From Opitutia bacterium (lineage in GTDB: Bacteria; Verrucomicrobiota; Verrucomicrobiia; Opitutales; Opitutaceae), in NCBI GenBank assembly GCA_947478395.1, contig CANJVR010000007.1, forward strand, positions 32,001 through 96,000: a stretch of 64,000 nucleotides of DNA, read 5' to 3'. This document shows, piece after piece, positions 9,755 through 17,693 of this stretch (within the stretch, counting starts at the first letter, position 1; the number at the start of each line of letters is the position of its first letter). The notes beneath the pieces are model-generated. The model was given only the letters and a program-made list of their open reading frames with translations. It did not search any database and was not told where the DNA came from. A program made the position numbers and the translations under genes.

Positions 9755-9862
9755 AGGACAGGAAAGCTCAAGGCCGGAGCGGACATGGCGCGAACGTGGC
9801 GTGCCCTCATTCTGGTCAGCGCCAAACGCCGAACTCTGAAACCGAATAAGCGCCGCCGTCGC

Positions 9863-11686
9863 TTAATTCGGCACTTCGTAGACCTCGATGAGTCCGATGC
9901 CGGTGACGTCTTCGAAGCCGCTCATCTGCGCGCTGTAGCTGCCGGGTGGCAGGGTGAGCAACATCACAGCGTCCAAGCCGGAGTTGTTTCGGATTTCGCG
10001 CAGCGGGAACGCGCCGACCTTGGTCGCGGCGACCCGGATCGCATTCTGCAACGAAGCCGGTGCATCCCAATCGTCGTTTTCTCGAAGTAAGGTGCCATCA
10101 CCGCGGTAGATTCTCAGGTAGGGATCGATCAGCGCGCCGGAGAGCTTGAACGGCGCGTCGAGCAGAGTGGGACCGACGGCGCGGATCAGGTAGGTCTTGG
10201 GGCCTGGGCCGCTGACGACGAAACCTGCGATGATGATGTCGCCACCGGTGCCGACGAAACCGCGGGTCGATAGGTTGGAGAGTTTGATCGCGGGATCGAG
10301 GGGGTCGTCCGCGTCGTAGGCTTCAAGCAAAACGACGCCACTTGCGCCCGTCGGACTGCTGACCAGAGCCGTGTATAGACCCGGATTTAGGGTGGTGAGG
10401 ATCACCGCGTCCTTCGAACCGGCGGCGAGGGCGAAGGCGCCCACGCGAGCCGAGGTTGCACGAATGTCGGCGGCGGTGGACGAAGGGTTTGTTGGCTGTT
10501 CCCAATCGTTGTTTGACGCGACATCGGCGGCGCTGGAGTTTTTAAGCGACAGGATCGGATCGGCAAGCACGCCGGGCACTTGAAAGTTTGCGAGCGTCGG
10601 GCCGATGGCCCGAAGTAGAATTTTCTTCGGCTTGTTGCCGTTGATCACGAAGCCGACGATCATCGATTTTGCGCCTGAGCCCGCGACACCGCGGGTGGCA
10701 ACGTTGGCGAGTTGGGTCGTCGTTGAGAGAGTGGCGGGATTGACCGTGAGGGTTACGGCGTTGCTGGTGACGGTGTGGTCCGCTGTGATGGCGGTGAAGA
10801 GGTAGCGTCCGGCGTCGCTGCTTTGCACCAGTGGCAGGTCGAGTTTCGTGCTGCTCTGGATCGGTGAAATCTCGGTGAAGGAGGTGCTGTTTGCCGGCGC
10901 GAAATACCACGAATATCCGTGCAGCGCATCGTTGGTCACGGCGGTCTGTCCGTCGACGGTCACGGAGAAACTGACCGATCCTGTGGCCGTGACGGTTCTA
11001 TCGGAGGGTTGCGTCGTGATGATGGGCTTGGCCGCGGCGGCCGCATAAAGAAATTTCGCGCCGTTGGCGTCGTCGAGCTGCAGGGTCTCGGTGTTACTCA
11101 CCACGCTGTTCATGATCGCGGTGACGGACTGCGCTGGCTTGGCTTGGTCCGGGTGGTCGAGACCCAAGACGTGACCGAATTCATGCAGTAGGACGCGCCG
11201 CAGATCCACCACTCCCGTGGTGCGCAGGGCACCGCGGTAGGAGTTCCAGGTAAAGGCGGTCTTATTCACGACGACGTCGGACCGGTCTTTTCGGACCGGA
11301 GAACTCGAGGAGAGCGTGATGGCGAGGACGCCGAACGGAAACACATCGCCGTCGACCAAGGTATCGAAGAGGACGCTGTTGGTGGTATCCCCAAAGGCGG
11401 AGGTCTTGGCGGTGCTTGTTGTAGAGGTGAACTTGGTGCGGCTGAGATTGGCGTTCCAGTCCGCCAAAATCGTCGCGACCATCGCATTCCAACTTACCGA
11501 TCCGTCGCTGAGGGGCAGCGTCACGTCGGGCGCCGTGGCATCGAGCTGCAACGTCATCGGAATCGTGCCCGATGCCCAGGAATTGCCGTCGAGCAAAAAG
11601 GCTTTCGCGGGTACTGAGAATACGGCCAGCCCGACCACGAACGTGGCGAGTCGGAGCGCAGGGACGGAAAAAAAATCGAAGCGCAT
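9863..11686 (-). CDS. Secreted matrixin (M10-like) zinc metalloprotease with Ig domain and two Opitutaceae-type C-terminal domains
   Basis: Signal peptide, HEFGHVLGLDH zinc motif, Met-turn AIMNS, Ig domain PIITTQP...SDAGRY, tandem LANVATRG/LSNLSTRG...RA[IV]GPTL domains. Confidence 0.85.
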   Translation of the reverse strand: MRFDFFSVPALRLATFVVGLAVFSVPAKAFLLDGNSWASGTIPMTLQLDATAPDVTLPLSDGSVSWNAMVATILADWNANLSRTKFTSTTSTAKTSAFGDTTNSVLFDTLVDGDVFPFGVLAITLSSSSPVRKDRSDVVVNKTAFTWNSYRGALRTTGVVDLRRVLLHEFGHVLGLDHPDQAKPAQSVTAIMNSVVSNTETLQLDDANGAKFLYAAAAAKPIITTQPSDRTVTATGSVSFSVTVDGQTAVTNDALHGYSWYFAPANSTSFTEISPIQSSTKLDLPLVQSSDAGRYLFTAITADHTVTSNAVTLTVNPATLSTTTQLANVATRGVAGSGAKSMIVGFVINGNKPKKILLRAIGPTLANFQVPGVLADPILSLKNSSAADVASNNDWEQPTNPSSTAADIRATSARVGAFALAAGSKDAVILTTLNPGLYTALVSSPTGASGVVLLEAYDADDPLDPAIKLSNLSTRGFVGTGGDIIIAGFVVSGPGPKTYLIRAVGPTLLDAPFKLSGALIDPYLRIYRGDGTLLRENDDWDAPASLQNAIRVAATKVGAFPLREIRNNSGLDAVMLLTLPPGSYSAQMSGFEDVTGIGLIEVYEVPN

Positions 11687-11692
11687 GCGGGG

Positions 11693-12310
11693 TCAGTTCT
11701 GCGTTTTGACGGCGGGCGGCGATAGGCGGGCGACCGCTTCGACGATGCGCGTTTCAAAATCCCCGGGCGAAAGGGCGCGCGCGGCCGACTTCAAACGATT
11801 CCCGGGCGCCGCAGTTTCGAGTGGGAGGACGATATCGGCCGTCGATTCGAGCGGCGTGAGATTGTCGCGCGCGACGAAATCACGATCGGTGGCCGCATCG
11901 TGCAGCAGGTGATACCGTCCGTGGCCGGCGGCAACCAGCGGGCAAAACGTGCGGCCGTTGGCTCCGACGAAAACAATTTCGCGATCGCCGGCGTGAAAGG
12001 CCGGCATGCCTGATACCTCCAGCGAATCGCTGCCGACGGTGCCGCCGAGGAAGGAGAGCACGAGCGTATCGGTCGGTGCCGCCGGACCCTTCAGGGTGCG
12101 TTCAACGTGAATCGTCACGAATGTCCGGATGACCCGGCCGGAAGGTCGGTCGACGTAGGCGGAGCGGACGGACGTGACTTCACCGCGGACGACATTGTCG
12201 GCCACGGCGACGAGCTCGTCGAAGCTCGGCGGCACGACCGACATGGCGTGAGCCGAAAGCGCGGCGCCGAGCCAGGCGAGAGTAAGAAAGGCAACGCGGA
12301 GGCTAGGCAT
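11693..12310 (-). CDS. Secreted protein with TIMP/NTR-like pattern, co-transcribed with matrixin
   Basis: Signal peptide (AHA), ADNVVRGEV...VTIHVERTLKG...GGTVG...MPAF..GDREIVF. Stop lies 6 nt upstream of the protease start. Confidence 0.65.
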   Translation of the reverse strand: MPSLRVAFLTLAWLGAALSAHAMSVVPPSFDELVAVADNVVRGEVTSVRSAYVDRPSGRVIRTFVTIHVERTLKGPAAPTDTLVLSFLGGTVGSDSLEVSGMPAFHAGDREIVFVGANGRTFCPLVAAGHGRYHLLHDAATDRDFVARDNLTPLESTADIVLPLETAAPGNRLKSAARALSPGDFETRIVEAVARLSPPAVKTQN

Positions 12311-12508
12311 GGGTTTTGTAAGATGACACCGGTTCGAGAGCCGACTCGGAGTTTTCGAGGCGGAGTGGGGAAGGGCCGGAAAGGCAGCGGTCGCTAGATC
12401 GATCAGGAAAAAAATCCCTGAACGTTCGTGATTGAATTCAAGACGGGGAACGGGACGGATTTAACGGCGAGGGCAAAATCGCGCGAAGGGAGGTTGCGAC
12501 CAAAACGC

Positions 12509-13570
12509 TCACGCGGCGTTCCTTTTTTTCCACGACTCGACGATCTGGCGGATGGTTTCTTCCAGTGACTGCGTGATGTCCCAGCTCGGATAATGCGCCC
12601 GCATTTTCCGGAGGTCGCTGTAGTAGCAGATGTGGTCCCCGGCGCGGTTCTGATCGACGTAGGTGTGCACCTGCGGCTTGCCCGAAAATTTTTCGACGAT
12701 CTTGAAGGCTTCGAGGATGGAAGTGCTGTTGGCCTTGCCCCCGCCGAGATTGTAGACTTCGCCGGCGCGCGGGGCTGCGACGAAGGCCGCCATGAAACGC
12801 GCGACGTCGAGCGAGTGGATGTTGTCGCGCACTTGTTTTCCCTTGTAGCCGAACACGCGGTATTCGCGGCCCTCGAGGTTACATTTTACGAGGTAGCTCA
12901 GGAAACCGTGGAGCTCGACGCCGGTGTGATTCGGCCCGGTGAGACAGCCGCCGCGCAGGGCGCAGGTGGGCAGATTAAAATAGCGGCCATATTCCTGGAC
13001 CATCACATCGGCGGCAACTTTGCTCGCGCCGAAGAGGGAATGTTTCGACTGGTCGATGGTGAACGTCTCGGCGATGCCCTCGGCGTAGGCGGGATCGGCG
13101 TAATCCCAGCGCGTGGCATGTTCCGTCAGGGCGATGCGATTGGGGGCGTCACCGTACACTTTGTTCGTGCTCATGTGCACGAACGGCGATTCGGGGGCGG
13201 CTTGGCGGGCGGCTTCGAGGAGGTTGAGCGTGCCGACGGCGTTGGTGTCGAAATCGTCGAAGGGAATCGCGGCGGCGCGATCGTGCGAAGGTTGGGCGGC
13301 GGTGTGAACGATGACGTCAGGCTTCACCGTTTTCACGAGGGCGAGGACGCCGGCGCGGTCGCGGATGTCGAGTTCGTGATGGACGAAGCCCGGCAGTTCG
13401 GCCGCGAGGCGGCTTTGATTCCAGCGGGTGTCACCGGAAGGCCCGAAGAAGACGGCGCGCTGGTTGTTGTCCACGCCGTGAATCGTGTAGCCGAGTTCCC
13501 GAGCGAAATAGACGCAGACTTCGGAGCCGATAAGGCCGGAGGAGCCGGTAACGAGGAGGGTTTTTTTCAT
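12509..13570 (-). CDS. NAD-dependent epimerase/dehydratase, CDP-tyvelose 2-epimerase-like (FxxxK variant)
   Basis: [39 protein letters not shown]. Start at ATG 13570. Confidence 0.85.
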   Translation of the reverse strand: MKKTLLVTGSSGLIGSEVCVYFARELGYTIHGVDNNQRAVFFGPSGDTRWNQSRLAAELPGFVHHELDIRDRAGVLALVKTVKPDVIVHTAAQPSHDRAAAIPFDDFDTNAVGTLNLLEAARQAAPESPFVHMSTNKVYGDAPNRIALTEHATRWDYADPAYAEGIAETFTIDQSKHSLFGASKVAADVMVQEYGRYFNLPTCALRGGCLTGPNHTGVELHGFLSYLVKCNLEGREYRVFGYKGKQVRDNIHSLDVARFMAAFVAAPRAGEVYNLGGGKANSTSILEAFKIVEKFSGKPQVHTYVDQNRAGDHICYYSDLRKMRAHYPSWDITQSLEETIRQIVESWKKRNAA

Positions 13571-13831
13571 GCCGATGCCGTGAGGAATAAACGTGGGAGC
13601 AGGCCCCAATCCGGGGTGGGTTTCAAGCGTTTGAAATTGTTTTCCGCGTGTCGGGCATCGAGGCGCCCATTCGGATGACCCTAACCCGTAGTGCAGCGCG
13701 CGGGCCCGCGGGGGCGGCATCGATCGTTTTTGGCTCGAGGATCTTCATTTTTGGAGCGGCTCGCTGATCGCCAGCCGGCCGTCGGGCGTCGTTGCCCCAT
13801 CGATCGTCGTGAGCAGGATCGGCTGGCCTCG

Positions 13832-15400
13832 CTAGGTCTCGGGCACCGGGAATTCAAGCAATTGCCATTGCGCGCCGGGATTAGCGGGACGCGCGTCGAT
13901 CCGGTCGTGGGTGGCGACGAGCTCGATAAAAAGGTGGTTGCCCGGCTCGCGCGGAAATCCGCCGACGGCGAAATACAGTCGTTCCGGCGCCGCAAATGGC
14001 CCGAAGATAAGCGAGCCGGTCGAACGACCGGTGCGGTCCCACGAGCTCCACGTGCGGATCGGTGCGGCCGTGCGCAGCGCGCGGCCCGGGAAAATTCCGT
14101 CCGCTAGATATTTATCGCGGACGTCGCCGGCGACGTCGGGAACGGCGGGCCGGTAGCTCGCGGCGGCTGAGGCGGGGAGCATCCGTGCCGGCCGGCCCGG
14201 ATATTGAATCACCCAGGGAACGGGCAAAATGGGGATTTGCACCGGCACACCGCGACGGATCGCATCACAGTAGTTCTCCCAGTGGAGATCGGCAGGGGCG
14301 GGTTTTACGTGATTTGGCAGTTCGAGCACGACGGCGAGCAAGCAAAGCCCGCGGGCGGCCCACGCTACCACGCGCGGTCGCGCATCGAATTCCCAAATTA
14401 ACAGCCACGCGAGCAGGAGGCGTGGAATGAAGAAATAGGAATCGGCGTTGACGAGATCCGGCTGAGCCCACGAGTCGGGTCGCGTGCGGTACAGCACGAC
14501 GGTGGTGAAAAGCCCAAACGCGACGACGAGTTGGGCCCGTAACCACCGCCGGGGATGAGGTCGCAACGCCCCGACCAGGAGCAACGCGACGAAGCCGGTG
14601 CCGATGACGCGCTGCGCGGTCCAGGAAAGCGTGCTGGCGACGTGGGCGCCGAAGAGCGGCCAGACGACGAGCCGGCTGCTCGCGATTGTCAGCATCTTGG
14701 TGAGGCTAAATGGCTCCGGGGGTTGGGCAAAGAAGCCCGCCCCGGTCGTCTTGACGAAGTAACCTTGGATCGCCGCGCACGCGCCGGCGACGAGCAGCGC
14801 GGCGAGCGTATCGGCGTTCCGCTCACGGAGAAACCGCCAGGCAAAGAGCGGTAGAAAAAGGATGACAAAAGGCCCGCTGAGCCCGACGAGAAAAACGATC
14901 GCGAGATCGCCGAGACGTTGCGGCCACGTCGTTGGCCGGGGTAGCAAGGCTTGCAGCAAAAGGAAAAACGCGGTGATCCAGTGCAGATTGGTGATATTGA
15001 AAAAAACTTCGCCGGTGTGCGCGACGAGCGCGAAGGACAGGACGAGCCAATGCTTTCCGGGCAGGTCGCAGCGTGGCGACGCCAGGCGGAGGAAAAGCAG
15101 AAAAGTGACGAGCAGCGCTGCGCCGTTGTAGAAGGCGGGCCAGTACGCGATATCGACCGTGTGGCTTGCGAGCCAGGCGATGAGTCGCGGCAGGGTGTGC
15201 AGATAGCCGCGATAGGGCGTGAGCAACGCCCGCAGCCCGAGTTGTTCGTTTTCGAGGAGATGGACACACCCATCCTCGGCCCAGAGTTGGGGGCTGGTCA
15301 GCGCCCAGGGTTTGTGAGCGACGAGCAGCGCGATCGCGACCAAGGCAACGGCCCAGGCTGCTTTCGTCGACGCCGCGGCCGGACCGACGCTGGACCTCAA
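13832..15400 (-). CDS. Multi-TM GT-C-like membrane protein with C-terminal soluble domain (possibly prematurely stopped)
   Basis: PQLWAEDG, YRGYLHTLPRLIA motifs, many TM segments; paralog of 15689-16909. TTG 15400 overlaps the TGA of the duplicated GT2 end (alternative start 15439). Confidence 0.75.
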   Translation of the reverse strand: MRSSVGPAAASTKAAWAVALVAIALLVAHKPWALTSPQLWAEDGCVHLLENEQLGLRALLTPYRGYLHTLPRLIAWLASHTVDIAYWPAFYNGAALLVTFLLFLRLASPRCDLPGKHWLVLSFALVAHTGEVFFNITNLHWITAFFLLLQALLPRPTTWPQRLGDLAIVFLVGLSGPFVILFLPLFAWRFLRERNADTLAALLVAGACAAIQGYFVKTTGAGFFAQPPEPFSLTKMLTIASSRLVVWPLFGAHVASTLSWTAQRVIGTGFVALLLVGALRPHPRRWLRAQLVVAFGLFTTVVLYRTRPDSWAQPDLVNADSYFFIPRLLLAWLLIWEFDARPRVVAWAARGLCLLAVVLELPNHVKPAPADLHWENYCDAIRRGVPVQIPILPVPWVIQYPGRPARMLPASAAASYRPAVPDVAGDVRDKYLADGIFPGRALRTAAPIRTWSSWDRTGRSTGSLIFGPFAAPERLYFAVGGFPREPGNHLFIELVATHDRIDARPANPGAQWQLLEFPVPET

Positions 15401-15477
15401 AGCGGACCGAAGCGCGCCTTGGCCCAGGCTCCGATCCAATTGATGGAATCGCGGATCATGCGTATTTTTGTTTTCTC
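15397..15477 (-). pseudogene. Duplicated 3' end of the GT2 gene at 16938-17693
   Basis: Reads ...KIRMIRDSINWIGAWAKARFGPL* versus KVRMIRDPINWIGAWAKARFGPL*. The nucleotide match to 16938-17015 is directly visible. Confidence 0.85.
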
Positions 15478-15482
15478 GCTTT

Positions 15483-15636
15483 GCCGAACACGCGGTATCC
15501 GCGGCCTTCGATATTCCACTTTACGAGGTAGCTCAGGAAACTGTGCAGCTCGACGCCGGTGGGATTCGCTCCTTTGCGACCGCCGCCGCCCAAGGTGCAG
15601 TTGGGCAGATTGAAATAACGGCTAAGGTCTTGGATA
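15483..15636 (-). pseudogene. Decayed internal fragment of the epimerase at 12509-13570
   Basis: Reads QDLSRYFNLPNCTLGGGGRKGANPTGVELHSFLSYLVKWNIEGRGYRVFG versus [50 protein letters not shown] (12848-13000). Confidence 0.85.
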
Positions 15637-15688
15637 TAAGAGAAGATTTCCGGGATATGAGGCGTTGTCGCTAGCGGCGCCAAGGGAA

Positions 15689-16909
15689 TTACAGCTTTCG
15701 CGCTGAGTCGATGGCCGGCCGTGCAGGCAATGGGATGGTCCAACCGGCCGGGTTGATCGGGATGACGACGGCTTCTCCCTTGCTGATTTTTGGGGCGTAA
15801 GCACCCCAATGGAGATCAGGGAATGCAGGCTCGCGCAGTCGGGGGACGTTGGTCGCGAAAGCTAGGATTAGGAGCGCAATGGCCGATCCTCGCCAGACGC
15901 GCTGCGAATCGCCGAGGAAGGAGAAAAGCAGCCAAAGCAGCGCAAGCTGAAGTGGAAAAAAATAACGGGCACCGTAGCCGGCGTGCCGCAGCTCCGGCAA
16001 ATTCCAGCGGCAGCGGTATAAGCTGGCGGCGAGCAGCGCGAGAAAAGCGCCGGCGAGGAGGCCGCGAATCAGTTGTTCGGGGCCGCGCCGAAAACCCGCT
16101 ACTCCGACGAGCACGACGGTGAAGAGCGCCAGAATCCATAATACCGCCATGGGCGATTCCTGGGTCATTCGGCCTCCGGTAAAAAGCGAGCCCGCCAGAC
16201 GAGAGCCGATCGCACTCACGCCGTCGCCAAGTTGAATGCGGGCATTCGCTGGAACGGTTTCTTTTGCGCGCAAGATAAACGTAGTTTGAACGGCGGCCGT
16301 TAGAGCGACGAGTCCGGCAAGGATCCGGCTGGCGGAGCTTTTTCGGACCAGCGCTCGAATGAAAAAGAACGGCGCGAGCATGATACTGAAAGGGCCGGTC
16401 ACACCCATAATCAGAGCGGCACTCAGGTCGTGGATTGTGCCGGCCGCGGTCTCGGGATCGCGCGAAAGCAGAAGCAGAATCAGGCCGGCGGCGACCAGCC
16501 ATTGAAGGTTCACGACGTTCAGCAGCACTTCGAAGGCATCGGGCACGAGTACCACGCTGAGTGCGAGAAGGGGCCGGGGAGAAAAAGCCTGACGGGACGA
16601 GAGCGCCCGAGAGGCGACGTAGAGTGTGGCGAGGGCGGAGCAACCGACAAACCAGGCCGGCGCGAAAATCGGATTCCACCACCACGCCGTGCCGGCGATC
16701 AGGCGGGGCAGCGTGTGGAGATAGCCGGCGTAGGATTCAACGAGCGTGTGCCAGCCGTTCGCCAGATGGCGTTCATAGAAGAAACCATCCTCCGCCCAGA
16801 ACTGCGGATGGTGGAACTGGTCGGGCCGGCGGAGAAAAAGAATCAAGCCGCAGCCGATAAGAATCAGGGGCGCGGAACCGAGAGCACGGCGGAGATGGGC
16901 AGAGATCAC
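15689..16909 (-). CDS. Multi-TM GT-C-like membrane protein
   Basis: RRPDQFHHPQFWAEDG, YAGYLHTLPRLIA, RYFF, IPINPAGW motifs; about 10 hydrophobic segments. Confidence 0.8.
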   Translation of the reverse strand: MISAHLRRALGSAPLILIGCGLILFLRRPDQFHHPQFWAEDGFFYERHLANGWHTLVESYAGYLHTLPRLIAGTAWWWNPIFAPAWFVGCSALATLYVASRALSSRQAFSPRPLLALSVVLVPDAFEVLLNVVNLQWLVAAGLILLLLSRDPETAAGTIHDLSAALIMGVTGPFSIMLAPFFFIRALVRKSSASRILAGLVALTAAVQTTFILRAKETVPANARIQLGDGVSAIGSRLAGSLFTGGRMTQESPMAVLWILALFTVVLVGVAGFRRGPEQLIRGLLAGAFLALLAASLYRCRWNLPELRHAGYGARYFFPLQLALLWLLFSFLGDSQRVWRGSAIALLILAFATNVPRLREPAFPDLHWGAYAPKISKGEAVVIPINPAGWTIPLPARPAIDSARKL

Positions 16910-16937
16910 AGTGGAAACGCTCCGGCCGCTCCGCGAT

Positions 16938-17693
16938 TCACAGGGGCCCGAAGCGGGCCTTGGCCCAGGCTCCGATCCAATTGATGGGATCGCGGATCAT
17001 GCGTACTTTTTTCCCCTCTTTGAACGAGCGGGAATTGTAGCTGATGGGAATTTCCAGCGGATGATGGCCGGTGCGGATGAGTTTCATCAACAACTCCCAA
17101 TCCAAATCAAACCGGTTGCTCGTGAGATGAATTCCATCGAGGCACTCGCGCCGGAAGACCTTGTACATCGTGAAAGGATCTTTGAGCCAGATGCCGAGCG
17201 ACGCGTTGATGAGGAAGGTGAAGCCCCAGTGCGCGCAATTGAGGACGAAAGCCTGCACGGGTTGATCATCAAATTTGCGCATCGCGAAGCCATCGCCCGG
17301 AGTGTGCCGCGATCCGAGGACAAACGTGCGTTCTCCGGCGGCCAGCGGCGCGAGCAATTTGGCGTAATCGTCGAGCGAGTATTCTAGATCCGCGTCCTGA
17401 ATGAGAAAAACATCCCCGGTGGCCCGGGCGAAGCCGGCTCGCACCGCATGGCCTTTACCGCGCGGTTTATCCTCGAGGATCAACGTGACGCGGGGGCAGT
17501 CGCGATAGGTTTCAACGATGGCGCGGGATCCGTCGGTGGAATTGCTCTCGATGAAGATGATTTCCAGTTCCCAGCCCGGCACTTGCTTGGCGACGATCGC
17601 ATCAAGGGCGATACGGAGCGTCGCCGCCTCGTTGTAGATGGGGACAACGACGGAGAGTTTTAACGGACCGGTTCGAGGGGCGGGCACACTCAT
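16938..17693 (-). CDS. GT2 glycosyltransferase (DPM-synthase-like)
   Basis: LSVVVPIYNE, GKGHAVRAG, IQDADLEY, EIPISYNSRSFKEGKK. ATGA overlap with the upstream gene. Confidence 0.9.
   Translation of the reverse strand: MSVPAPRTGPLKLSVVVPIYNEAATLRIALDAIVAKQVPGWELEIIFIESNSTDGSRAIVETYRDCPRVTLILEDKPRGKGHAVRAGFARATGDVFLIQDADLEYSLDDYAKLLAPLAAGERTFVLGSRHTPGDGFAMRKFDDQPVQAFVLNCAHWGFTFLINASLGIWLKDPFTMYKVFRRECLDGIHLTSNRFDLDWELLMKLIRTGHHPLEIPISYNSRSFKEGKKVRMIRDPINWIGAWAKARFGPL

Noticed and set aside
9748..9786. Micro-ORF MSAPALSFPVLC* upstream of the methyltransferase, resembling the GT2 start PSPALSFVIP at 42605
   Set aside because: Match of only about 12 nt; cannot distinguish a remnant, a frameshifted start or chance.
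12374..12385. GGCCGGAAAGGC shared with 23523-23534, both upstream of secreted-protein genes
   Set aside because: Short GC-rich hairpin-like word at different distances from the starts; insufficient support.
15456..15809. 117-aa ORF in the track
   Set aside because: Chimera of an alternate frame of the membrane gene's end and the decayed epimerase fragment; annotated as a pseudogene fragment instead.
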